40,098 bases of DNA from Octopus bimaculoides (GCF_001194135.2 NC_068994.1:58637395-58677492), one strand, 5' to 3'; positions 1 to 10,732 are shown, numbered from the stretch's first letter. Program-made: numbers and translations. Notes: generated by a model from the letters alone, not told the origin.

Positions 1-57
<57 letters not shown>
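1..57. repeat. (AG)n microsatellite
   Basis: Pure AG dinucleotide run at the window start. Confidence 0.98.
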
Positions 58-61
<4 letters not shown>

Positions 62-567
62 AAGGTTTCTTGAAACTGAAACTGGAAATTTGATGAGTCA
101 AGTTTCAGGCAGTAGCTTGACATTCGAATCGAATAAGTTTCAGTTTCAAAATATAGACATGGATTTGTGTGTGTGTGTGTGTGTTCTTCCATTTTTCATT
201 ATTTGCACTCTTCCTCTTACGAAGGAGTTGGTTTCTACGATACAAAACTCCAGCGCTATAACATAGATAAAGAAACAATGTTACGTGAGCTGAAATTCAG
301 AAACGTCTGACAACTGTACGTATGTGTGGACGCGTTTGTTGTTGTTTGTTCTTTTTTAATTTAGAGTTAATTTTGACCGCCCAATTGCTTCTTCGTTAGG
401 TTCCAAAAGCTCATCCTTTAACTCTTTAGAAGGTCTTGCAGATTTTCGCTTCTCTCAACTGTTGTAAACTATTGATACACAGCATTTGCAGCGGAATTTC
501 AGGCAGAGTGAGAGAGAGAGAGAAGGTAGGTTTCGTATGTGCTAGTTGAACTGGAATAGTTAGCTGT

Positions 568-1312
568 CGGAAATGGAAGAAGACAGATACCAAGGAAAAG
601 AGGACCATGATCCAGGCAGAAGTACTGCATCAGCAGGAAGAAAGATGGTCAACAGCTGTGGAGCTGGTATCTCAGGGAGCTTGGACTACATGGGATCTCC
701 CCAAGAGGAAGTTTACACGGACTAAAACCTTCTTGCATCTCCTTGCGGGCACTGTATGAGGCACTGTTGTGGGCACTGTATGAGGCACTGTTGTGGGCAC
801 TGTATGAGGCACTCCTAACTCCAAAAAACCTGCACAGATGAGATGTGAAAGGGAACCGCCAGAACAGAGGCACCCTCGCACAAATCTTGTCAGGGTGCAA
901 AACAGAACTTACTCAAAAGAGATACAAGTGGCCCCTTGACAAGGTATTTGCAACACTCACACACATCCTGGAATAGGAAATTCTCAAGAAATACCAACAG
1001 CAGGGAAGGAAAAAAGCACCAGAAATCAAGTTGGTGAAGGAAAGAGAAAGGAGGGACAACAGCAAAAAGGACAGTCTATTACATGGGGCCCAGTCATGGG
1101 ATGTGAAAGTAGACCTAGAGGAAAGATTGCAGTTTACCCACGTCATCCAGACAATTCTGAGGCCAGATGCGGTCTTGTGGTCTAGAAAAGCCATAGGAAT
1201 AATCCTGATCGAACTTAGAGTCACATGGGTAAAAAGGTACGATCAAGCCTTTGAATGGAAGCATGCCAAGTACCAGAGCCTTTTACAGGATTGCTGGGAG
1301 AAGGGATGGCAG
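568..1312 (+). mobile_element. Decayed Hero-clade (RLE-type) non-LTR retrotransposon, C-terminal part
   Basis: Manual translation gives RKWKKTDTKEKRTMIQAEV..QEERWSTAVELVSQGAWTTWDLPKRK, then GTLAQILSGCKTELTQKRYKWPLDKV (decayed CCHC/RWRHDxVL), then WDVKVDLEERLQF..IQTILRPDAVLWS..IILIELRVTW..AFEWKHAKYQSLLQDC.EKGW (PD-(D/E)xK RLE). This order matches Hero-type ORFs as I remember them. Stops and frameshifts are present. Confidence 0.75.
747..813 (+). repeat. 24-bp tandem repeat (gggcactgtatgaggcactgttgt x2.8) inside the Hero remnant
   Basis: Units at 747-770, 771-794 and a partial at 795-813, with an internal 12-bp sub-periodicity. Confidence 0.95.
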
Positions 1313-1347
1313 TTATGTGGTGAAGCAACTGTTGCTGATCCCTTAAT

Positions 1348-1349
<2 letters not shown>

Positions 1350-1382
<33 letters not shown>

Positions 1383-1833
1383 NNNNNNNNNNNNNNNNNN
1401 NNNNNNNNNNNNNNNNNNNNNNNNNNNNNNNNNNNNNNNNNNNNNNNNNNNNNNNNNNNNNNNNNNNNNNNNNNNNNNNNNNNNNNNNNNNNNNNNNNNN
1501 NNNNNNNNNNNNNNNNNNNNNNNNNNNNNNNNNNNNNNNNNNNNNNNNNNNNNNNNNNNNNNNNNNNNNNNNNNNNNNNNNNNNNNNNNNNNNNNNNNNN
1601 NNNNNNNNNNNNNNNNNNNNNNNNNNNNNNNNNNNNNNNNNNNNNNNNNNNNNNNNNNNNNNNNNNNNNNNNNNNNNNNNNNNNNNNNNNNNNNNNNNNN
1701 NNNNNNNNNNNNNNNNNNNNNNNNNNNNNNNNNNNNNNNNNNNNNNNNNNNNNNNNNNNNNNNNNNNNNNNNNNNNNNNNNNNNNNNNNNNNNNNNNNNN
1801 NNNNNNNNNNNNNNNNNNNNNNNNNNNNNNNNN

Positions 1834-1892
<59 letters not shown>

Positions 1893-1895
1893 TCT
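1350..1895. repeat. (TA)n / assembly gap (1383-1833) / (CT)n
   Basis: Dinucleotide runs flank an N-run. Confidence 0.95.
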
Positions 1896-2209
1896 CTTTC
1901 TGTTCCCACCACTCACGTACATCTTCCACTTTTTCCTCAACACCACTCTCTCTCTCGTAAACCATATTTCTCCAGCTGTTACTCAAACAGCTGCTATTTC
2001 CCACCTCTATCTTTCTTTCCCCTCTCCTCCCTCTCTCTTTACCTAAATACATTCACATACACATACACACATACATACATACATAGCATACACACACATG
2101 CATGCATTACATTCATTACAGCCTCTTCCACTTTTCTTCATCTCTGACCAATTTATTTCTGTATTACCTTTATTTTCCCTCTTTCTCTTTCACTCTGTTG
2201 ACCTCTCTA

Positions 2210-2296
2210 CTTCTCTGTCTGTCTGCCTGCCTGCCTGTCCGTCTGTCTGTCTGCCTGCCTGCCTGTCTGTCTGTCTATCCATCCATCCATCCATCC

Positions 2297-2331
<35 letters not shown>

Positions 2332-2344
2332 CATCCATCCATCC

Positions 2345-2383
<39 letters not shown>

Positions 2384-2392
2384 CATCTATCC

Positions 2393-2451
<59 letters not shown>

Positions 2452-2460
2452 CGTCTATCT
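2210..2460. repeat. Compound tetranucleotide microsatellite (TCTG/CCTG/TCCA/TCTA)
   Basis: Directly visible, with stepwise unit changes. Confidence 0.95.
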
Positions 2461-2965
2461 GCTTGTCTTTCTATTTAGTGCATCCTGTTTAAAGCGGATC
2501 CTGTTAAGCCGGATATAGAATAAACCGGACGAAATCGGAATAAGAAAATGGCTGCTACCCTGTTTGTGTATGCGTTTGTAAGGCCGTATATTATAGTTAC
2601 GCTCTTTGAGTACCTCACACCCAGCAACGATAGGGAATTCATAAAAAAATGTTAAAATCAGTCAATGATATAACCAATGGTAATAAGGAAAAACGGACTT
2701 TTCTGGCTTAGCATGCAGTTTAGTGTCATGAAAAAGTGAAAGTAAATTGCACTAGAAACCGGAAGTGACAGCAATGAAAATCCCATAATTTCATAAGATT
2801 TATGCAACATGAAAACGATGCACAGATCATATGTATAACTTTTTCACTGTCTCTGAACGTATTTTGCCTCATAAGCTCATACAGATACGATGTAGACAAA
2901 GCATTTCACGTTCAACATTGTTTCACGAATTTCTTTTTAGCGAGCATCTTTCGCCCTTCCAAGCG

Positions 2966-3197
2966 CCTTTTATTTTTTTTCACGTTGCTCCAATCCACTC
3001 TGCTGGCAACCATGAGTTGTACCAGTAATTCGAAGGGCTAGCAGCTTTGTCACATTTTGTGTCACGCTGAATCTTCCTGAGAGCTACGTTAAGGGTTACG
3101 CATGTCTGGAGCGCTCAGCAACTTGCCTGTTAATTTCACGAGCAGACTGTTCCGTATCGACTGGAACACTCGTCGTCGTTACCGACGAAGAGCCAGT
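2966..3197 (+). mobile_element. SINE family B, headless copy (middle plus 3' body)
   Basis: cacgttgctccaatccactctgctggcaac.. matches the inverted copy at 3970-4031. The body (gctacgttaagggt..ttaatttcacgagcag..ctggaacactcgtcgtcgttaccgacg) matches 39310-39465. Confidence 0.8.
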
Positions 3198-3450
3198 GTT
3201 CAGAGAAAGCCCTAAACACCTCAGGTAATTGCAGCATAGTGGAAGGTTGATAGGATGAAAGGAGAGTAAGGAGAACAAAGAAGAAAGGTGAGCAACATTT
3301 CACTTGTACACGTCGTATTTATAATTCCCTTCTTCATTCCTTTCAGAAAGATTCCCTTTCTTTCTAACCCCTATTAACTGATTAACCTTTAGTTCTTTAC
3401 TTTATGAATTCATTCACCCACCCCCTCCTGTCCCGCTCACTTCTTGGTTA

Positions 3451-3668
3451 TATTCTTTTCTACTCTAGGCACAGGGCCAGAAATTTTGGGGGAGGGGACT
3501 AATCGATTAGATCGACCCAGTACGCAACTGGTACTTAATTTATCGACCCCGAGAGGATGGCAAGCAAAGTCGACCTCGGCGGAATTTGAACTCAGAACGT
3601 AAAGACAGACGAAACACCGCTCAGCATTTCGCCCGGCGTCCTAACCATTCCGCCAGCTTGCCATCTTC
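3451..3668 (-). mobile_element. SINE family A, near full length
   Basis: The minus strand has A-box-like ctggcggaatgg and B-box gagttcaaattcc, central gtcgac..catcctctcggggtcgataaattaagtaccagt, and 3' gtgcctagagtagaaaagaa. It aligns to many other copies in the window. A diverged ~20-bp TSD lies at 3438-3457 / 3668-3687. Confidence 0.88.
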
Positions 3669-3969
3669 ACTCCTCGGCCATATTCTTCCTGCTAAACATA
3701 TGACGTGAGCTATGATGTTGTGGTTGTAGCAGTCGTGGTAGATGCTGGTGAATAAAAGTGCTTTTCTAGGGCTGCATGTAGAAGTAATTAGCAACACTCA
3801 CAAGCAATTAACAGAAGCCTTATTTACTGCACTCAGTGTTGGTCTTTGATAAAAACTAGCTGCAACAGTTATAAACTACTGGGATTTACATTTTAACTGG
3901 TTTAGCAATTACGGTTGGCCCACCACAACTAACTACTTTCATGATGGCAATCGTACTATTCTCATGACT

Positions 3970-4136
3970 GCTAACCAGTCGAATTACTGGTATAACTCAT
4001 TGTTGCCAGCTGAGTATACTGGAGCAACGTGAAAAAAAAATGACTTGCTTAAGGACACAACACACTGCTAAGTTTCGAACTCATGACCTTACGATCGTGG
4101 GCCAAACACTCCTAACCACTAAGCCACGCGCCTTCA
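3970..4136 (-). mobile_element. SINE family B, tRNA-derived head plus middle (3'-truncated)
   Basis: Reverse complement tgaaggcgcgtggcttagtggttagg..gagttcgaaac (A and B boxes), then gtgtccttaagcaagtca (CORE-like) and cacgttgctcca... Confidence 0.8.
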
Positions 4137-4559
4137 AAGAACAATTTCCACAAGCTTCATGGTGACAAAACCATAGTGAGAAAGCCTGCGCTTTCTATCT
4201 GCCAACGGCTGGTGATGAAATGAGAATTGTTAGTATATAGAAATTCATTGGAAATATATTAGCTTATGTAGGTTTTCTTGATAATATTTCTGTTCTTCTA
4301 GTTAGAATCTGATTATAATTTGTTTTTGAATCTAATAATACATATTCAGAAGATAGGATAACGTCAGATTAAACTAGCCAAATGGTTTCTGTTTCTTTTC
4401 TGTTCCTACCAACACTAATTGAGTCAGCGATGTAGCATAGTGCACTCCGTGAAAATAACCACCTCAATTACGCAGCACAGTTTAATGTTATTTTGCGAAT
4501 TTTCATAAATATTCCTGTGATTTGCAGCATTTTCATTTTCCTATTTTAGTAATAATCAA

Positions 4560-4717
4560 AAGAAAAAAAGAAAAAAATATGATCTCCTCCATCTGTGAAC
4601 TGAAAACTGGAACTTCGAAGGAAATTTAGGGCTGGTGCTTGTATGGCAAAATTTTGTGGAACGTATGGTGTTAAAAAGCAAACAGTTCTGGACATGGGCA
4701 AGGCTAATGTCAAAACG
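4560..4717 (+). pseudogene. pogo/Tigger-like transposase N-terminal (CENP-B/psq HTH) remnant
   Basis: A basic KRKKRK stretch precedes SVN*KLELRRKFRAGACMAKFCGTYGVKKQTVLDMGKANVK, resembling the Tigger/Jerky KLE..KKLE.G.S......YGV.KQTVSDI.K helix-turn-helix. It is cut off by the SINE-A copy at 4737. Confidence 0.55.
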
Positions 4718-4736
4718 GCATTCGATTGAAATATAA

Positions 4737-4941
4737 TTCTTTCTACTATAGGCACGAGGACGGGAATTTGGCGGATGCGTGGGGGTAGGGGTGGATAGTC
4801 GATTACATCGACCCAGTGTTTCACTGGTACTTAATTTATCGACCCTGAAAGGATGAAAGGTAAAGTCGACCTCGGCGGAATTTGAACTCAGAACGTAGCA
4901 GTAGACGAAATACCGCCAAGCATTTCGCCCGGCGTGCTAAT
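4737..4941 (-). mobile_element. SINE family A copy
   Basis: Same blocks as 3451-3668 (ctggtacttaatttatcgacc, gtcgacctcggcggaatttgaactcagaacg, gcatttcgcccggcgtgctaa). Confidence 0.88.
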
Positions 4942-5529
4942 GCTAAATCAGTATCTGTTGGGGAGGGGGTGTAAGGAAACGTATGAGAGTCGTAAAAGAT
5001 ACAAATCTTGAAGAAGCTTTAGCGAGTCAAGCACATTGGGGGCATAAACCACTTCGAAGCTAATGACAGTTAAGGCAATTCAAAAACAGCCATGGAATGG
5101 GTAATGAAATTACCCATGGTAAAGTAGGTAGTGCCCCGACCAAGGATCGAACCATTCAGAAAGAGATTAAATGAAAGTGTGAAAGACTCCTACTTTTGCG
5201 GGTAACAAATCCGTACACAACTACACCAATCACTTATTGTACAGAATTATGTTTTCTGTAATAAGTATTTTTATTTTTAGAGTCTGTCTGTTTTTTTTTT
5301 TTTGTGTGTATGGTTCTGCGAGTCGGCAACATTTCAGTTGTTGCGCTTCCAGTTGTCTTTCATAACTTTAGAGAGAAGATATAAAGTAAACTTTACAGGA
5401 TCTGTTCGGTTACATTTCAGTCAAAGGACGTTTTTATCGTCAACGAGTAAAGACAGACATTTTCTTAATGGTTTTTCCCCCCCTCCTAACGAGCAACAGA
5501 ATGTTGCAAGTCTACTTTATTTTAGTTCA

Positions 5530-5538
5530 ACACAACTT

Positions 5539-5572
<34 letters not shown>

Positions 5573-5674
5573 TTTCCCCTCTCTTTTCCCCTCTCTCTCT
5601 TTCCCCTCTCTTTTCCTCTCTCTCTCTCTCTTTCTCTCCCTCTCTCTCTATAAATATGTATGTATGTATGTATG
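5530..5674. repeat. (CT)n-rich plus (ATGT)n microsatellite
   Basis: Directly visible. Confidence 0.9.
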
Positions 5675-5820
5675 CACTAGGGTAGCTAGAGTGTGCGCCG
5701 CTCGCGGTGACCCTTCTGTTTACCGCCCCCGGACCCAATAAAAAACCACATATTGCCTACAACAGACCCAAAAGTGCCGCCCGAGGCGGACCATCCCTAC
5801 TCCCCCCAGCTACGCTAGTG
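5675..5820. mobile_element. hAT-like MITE (~146 bp)
   Basis: TIRs cactagggtagct / agctacgctagtg (12/13 match) with further GC-rich subterminal symmetry. Flanking 8-mers are tatgtatg / tatgtagg. Confidence 0.6.
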
Positions 5821-5974
5821 TATGTAGGTATACTCAAGCATAGACATATAGGGAGAGTGCCTTTATCTGTTTGTAAGTATATATGTTCGTGTGTGTGTGT
5901 ACATACATACATAGATATATACATACACACATACATACACGCACACACACATTTCACATTCAAGTCATCAATAT

Positions 5975-6075
5975 CGCCACCGCCACCACCACTACCGCCA
6001 CTACCACCACTACCACCAATACCTCCATACCACTCCTCACCACCACCACCACCACAACCACTACCACCACGGCCG
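5975..6075. repeat. Imperfect (ACC/ACT)n microsatellite
   Basis: Directly visible; it explains the poly-P and poly-T ORFs. Confidence 0.9.
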
Positions 6076-6656
6076 CTGCTTCTCCGTCGTCATTGTCATC
6101 GATGACATGATCAATATCAGTAATCACATGATACAGTTTTGCTCTAGTTTCTTCCGTCCTTCTGTTCATTTACGAATTGGAACAATCGATTTGTTTTTTC
6201 TTTGCCATAGAGCAAAATGCAAAATGTCCTTTCAGCATGTCCAGACACTGCCATGTGCTATGAACGTTGATTTCTGTTCTATTGATGAACAATACTGACG
6301 TGTATCGACCTAAGATCCTGTCAGCTTAACTTAATGCTAATAGCTTAGAGGTGTCGTCGTCGTTGTCGTCCTCACAGATGTTGTTCTCTCCCCATCTTCC
6401 CCGTCGATGTCTCCTCTCCGATGAGACCAATCACCAAGGTTCAACAGCAGTTTAGAACAAAAACCTTTCGTGAATACTTGTTTTGAGCTGCAGAAGACGA
6501 TGTTCTCAGCTCCAGCCACACACATTTGGACTTCCAATCAGCGATCTCACAACCATATTTGCACGAACGACTTGTTTAATGTCAGATATTTTGACCACGG
6601 ACCGAGAGTCACGGGCATAACAAAATACAATCAAATGTTTAATATGTAATTTAGCA

Positions 6657-6738
6657 GTGGAGGTGCAATGGTCCAGTGGTTAGGGCAATGGGCTCGTGGT
6701 CGTAGGATCGCGGTTTTGATTCCCAGACCGAGCGTTGT
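6657..6738 (+). mobile_element. SINE family C, tRNA-like head only
   Basis: gtggaggtgcaatggtccagtggttagggc..ggttttgattcccagaccgagcgttgt aligns to 39098-39180. Confidence 0.8.
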
Positions 6739-6961
6739 AATCATGATATCCCGGGTTCGATCCTGCTGCACAATATCTTGTGCAAGTGATCACAATCTCG
6801 ATTTGATGCAAGCGTTTTGAGTAAAATTGGGTTGATGGTGGCGGCTTGGAAACTTGTCGCATAGATTATGCTTGAGATTCTGAGTTAGACATAAGATCAG
6901 CGCTTTTGAGGGAAGGAAATTAGTCGATTACATTGAGTCCTGTAAGAGAATGGTACTTTTT

Positions 6962-7259
6962 TTCTCTCTTTCGGCGCCATGTCCAGAATGTAGGAAACAG
7001 GCGATCATGTCCAGCCACAATTCTCTGTTCTTTGTCTTCTGTAACAGTTCCACTTCCCGATGTTCAATGCCTCTTTTCTTCCAACCAATTCACCAAGTTT
7101 CACCTCCATACCATCCTTCTCTATCCTCCGTTTCTTTTCCTTTCAATCTTTTCCGGTCGTTGTTAAATTCTCCAGGTCCTCTCTCCTCATCACACGACCA
7201 AGAAATCTCAGTTGCTAGGCCCTTATCTCACGAAGCAGCTACCTATTTACCTCAGCCCG
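6962..7259 (-). mobile_element. RTE-clade LINE, decayed 3' end
   Basis: The minus strand reads RAEVNR*LLREIRA*QLRFLGRVMRREDLENLTTTGK/IEGKRNGG*RR../ELLQKTKNRELWLDMIACFLHSGHG. This is the typical RTE C-terminus (QL.FLGH.MR...LE.L..TGKIEGKR.RGR..). Confidence 0.75.
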
Positions 7260-7293
7260 GGTCATCACTTCTTTATTAGACACTTTTATTCAT

Positions 7294-7328
7294 CCCAAAA
7301 TTTCGGGCCTTGTGCCTGGAGTAGAAAA
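7294..7328 (+). mobile_element. SINE family A, 3' tip
   Basis: cccaaaatttcgggccttgtgcctggagtagaaaa matches the 3' end of the other copies. Confidence 0.7.
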
Positions 7329-7357
7329 ATATATATATGTATATGAAATTTTTAATT

Positions 7358-7410
7358 TAGTTCACAGACCCCACCCCAGGGGTCCGCGGACCACAGGTTG
7401 GGAACAACTG
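7358..7410. mobile_element. Right end of a hAT/Charlie-like MITE
   Basis: gggggtccgcggaccacaggttgggaacaactg resembles Charlie-type termini (..ggttgggaaccactg). No left end was found. Confidence 0.45.
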
Positions 7411-7800
7411 CTCTATGACATGCGTACAAGGAACCGCTTCTACCTCCTGTCCTGACACTAACACGTGACCATTGTCTAGTCGTGATTCGTTGTTCAAATT
7501 TCAGCTCGTTGGTTGAAAATGATTTTTTTCCAGAAAACCTATTTGCTATACAATTTTTTCATTTAGCGTAACATTCGCATATACTCTTCCAGCATTTGTA
7601 CGCGTGTGTAGTTTACTCGAAGTTTGTTGCTCAAATTTCAGCTCGCTGAACGAATGTGCCCCCAATCTTTTATATGAGTGAATAGTCGGCTCGTTGTTCG
7701 TTGTTCGTTCAACTTGTTATGCGAGTTTAGTTTTCTTCAGAAAACCATTCATTATTCAATTTGTTCGTTTAGAGAACCGTTTGTAAATAGCTACCACACC

Positions 7801-7813
7801 GTGCATGTGTGTT

Positions 7814-7869
<56 letters not shown>

Positions 7870-8070
7870 CGTGCGTGTATGTGCGCGCGTGTATATACAC
7901 ACATATACAAGCATATGCATACTTAAGTACATGGTTACAAGTGTATTTATGAATATTTATATGCGCGCGAGTGTAAGTGTGCGGCTGTATTTCTTTCCCT
8001 TTCTCTGTGTGTGGGTATGTGTTCGTGCGTGCATGCGCGCGCGCGCGCGCGCGCGCGCGTGTGTGTGTGT
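7801..8070. repeat. Alternating purine-pyrimidine tracts (TG)n, (TA)n and (GC)12
   Basis: (TG)n at ~7820-7865 and pure (GC)12 at 8035-8058. Confidence 0.95.
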
Positions 8071-9060
8071 ATTCATTAGTTATGTGACCCAACGGTACAA
8101 TTTTTACGGAAATAGTTCCAATGTCACGCCACCATCTTACCTGACCTCTTCGTGACCCTGGGTTTTACCATAGTTATAGGGCACTAGTTTATGAATGAAC
8201 GTGTGCGTGTATGAGAGAGAGAGAGGGGGGAGACAAAGAGAGAGAGGGAGGGAGAGGGTGTGCGTGTGTGTGTGTGGGGGAGGTGGAGTAAGGATGTCTG
8301 TGTGTTTGCGAAATATTATTTCATAGAATCTAAAAATAAGTCAACAGCAACAAAGCTATCCCACCTGGCCCACCCCACCCCTTTTCCTTATGATATCTGA
8401 TAACAATATACAAGGTATGCATTTCTGTTTTTACCTCTTTCTTAAAAATGTTGACCTCATTATGTTCATTTGTCAGCTTTAGATAGTTTTTTCTTCTCTC
8501 TTATTATTTACATACTGAGTGACTCTGTTTATCTATACATATCTACACACACACACACATACATACACAAGGGTTAATCAAATGGTGTCAGTCGTCAGAC
8601 TATGGCCCCGGTAGACATCTGTCATGAAGCTTGTAGTTTTTTCTGTATATCTCACTCAATATTTCATTGCTATTTATTTCATAGACCCTTGGAAGATGGA
8701 AGGTAAAATCAACATGGGTTGGATTTGAAAGTATAACGCAAGCGGATAGACATACACACATGGGTATTAATATTTTTAACTTTACAGCAATTACAAAACA
8801 TGTTGAGGAAACGACAGCAAATACTGCCGTTTTCCATGTATGGTTTGGACTTTTCATCGATCCTTCATTTTACAGTGACAGCTGATACTTTTGTCTTTTA
8901 GTTACCATATGTGTTGCGGTAGCAATGTTTCTATATCACTATCACAAGTCATTTGGTGATTGTAACGTTTCTACATAACTACTACAACATATATGGTGTA
9001 GTAGTACTTAAAAGAAAAAGATATAAATGATGTCACTATAAAATGGAGTATCACCGAAAA

Positions 9061-9120
9061 GGCTAAACCAAACAGAGCAAACGACGGCAGACGCTGCCGT
9101 TTCCTCTGTTTGGTTTGGCC
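9061..9120. other. 60-nt hairpin-forming inverted repeat
   Basis: ggctaaaccaaacagagcaaacgacggcag-acg-ctgccgtttcctctgtttggtttggcc forms a ~27-bp stem with one 3-nt bulge. A decayed second copy lies at ~8789-8852. Confidence 0.85.
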
Positions 9121-9152
9121 TCTCTGAAAAGTTACTAACTACACCAGCCAAT

Positions 9153-9206
9153 AAGGATGAAAGTCAGAGTCGACCTCGGCGGAATTTGAACTCAGAACCT
9201 AGCGGC
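9153..9206 (-). mobile_element. SINE family A, internal fragment
   Basis: aaggatgaaagtcagagtcgacctcggcggaatttgaactcagaacc. Confidence 0.8.
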
Positions 9207-9572
9207 AAATATCAACAGATGACAACGTTTCTCTAAAAGAAACGGAGAGACTTTCAAAATGCAAAGACCTAGGAATAGAGGTAACTCGAATGTGGAGTCT
9301 AAAAACAGAAACAATTCCTATCATAATAGACGCATTGGGTATGATAAAAAAAACATCCAGACAAATAATTAACAAAAACACCAGAACTAACAAATATATA
9401 TAACATACAGAAAATAGCAGTACTAGGCAGCGCAAACATCCTACATAAAACTCTTTCAATGCAGTAACAATAAGAGCATCACAGCAAACCACAGCACACA
9501 GAGCTGCACTCGGTAGTGAAGTGAAAGCACGTGATAAGAATAAGACTACTGAATGATAATGATGATGATGAT
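9207..9572 (+). mobile_element. R4/Dong-clade LINE 3' end (RLE C-terminus, 3' UTR and tail)
   Basis: ..TDDNVSLKETERLSKCKDLGIEVTRMWSLKTETIPIIIDALGMIKK..QKIAVLGSANILHKTLSMQ* (stop at 9465-9467), then a UTR and a (GAT)n tail. Confidence 0.85.
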
Positions 9573-10589
9573 AGTAACTGTCGTTTTTCAGTCCACTTGC
9601 CGAGAATGTCCCCCTGTTTGATGCGGGATAGCAGGCAGTGGCTTTGATTGCAGAGCAAAATGGTAAGATCAGACAGTGTAGAGGGCTTGTCCCTGCTCTT
9701 CTACGTCTGTAATATAAAAGCCATGCTGTCTTCTTTCGATATTATAAACTTGAGTAGACCAGTATTTTACGAGTAGAACTTGGTTGAGGGAAACTAGTCG
9801 GTGCGTGTGTGTTTCTGAATGAGTGTCTGTGTGTGTGTCTGCACGCGTATGTGGGCACATGTGTATGCGCGCACGCTTCTACATACTGGTGTTAATGTGT
9901 CCATCAAGTTGTTTTTTACGTTAAAAGATAACTTCAGCATTTGCTAAATGGAGGTTGATGAAATAAGTACAGTCATTCTATAGTTGAATATGTAATCAGT
10001 TCATATCAACGACTAAACGATATTAATGATTCCATATTCATGTCATGTGCCATTTATAAGTGAGCCTCTGTAAATTTATATGCATGTGTATCTTGTTTTA
10101 TGGAGGGATTACGATGATATAGGTTGCGAGCATTGGAGGGTCTATATTCGTAAGCAATGTAATAACTACGAACCATAAGTACTGGTTTCAAATTTAGAAC
10201 ACTCTCAATAATATACCCTTAGAATGAGTTTAACGTTGTTTGCCTGTCAACTGACTACAGTCCTACTTCTGAGGTGAGGACTATCTTAAATATTGAGCTT
10301 TGAATGGCTAATTCCTCCTCAAAACCTACCTTTACACGTTAGCATAGTTATAGATGTAGAGCTGCAAAACTGTGTCTGCCGGTGTTAAAACGGGGGTAGC
10401 TGATGAAGGAAAATGTTCTCTATGTGGCTTGTGTTTTTTCTGTACTCTGGTTATTATTATTTTCTTGTCTACGTTTTGTTTGCAATGTCCTGTACCCAGA
10501 TATGCACCTATATATACAGGTAGACGTAGGTATTCACATACCTGTACGTATATCTGCATATACTCATTTATTATTTTTATTATTTGTTT

Positions 10590-10590
10590 T

Positions 10591-10621
<31 letters not shown>

Positions 10622-10644
10622 TTATATATATATATACACACACA

Positions 10645-10732
<88 letters not shown>

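Noticed and set aside
3769-3850. Exon-like stretch LHVEVISNTHKQLTEALFTALSVG after ttttctag
   Set aside because: No good donor site, no recognisable homology and no partner exons.
6340-6600. Possible second RTE 3' remnant on the minus strand
   Set aside because: Only vague RRGRW..NI.ED similarity.
7413-7770. Direct repeat ttg(t/c)tcaaatttcagctcg and a pogo-MITE-like texture
   Set aside because: No matching TIR pair or TA duplication could be defined.
9592-9662. Possible exon (ttttcag|...aaaatg|gtaag)
   Set aside because: The splice signals look plausible, but all three frames contain stops. A non-coding exon cannot be supported without RNA data.
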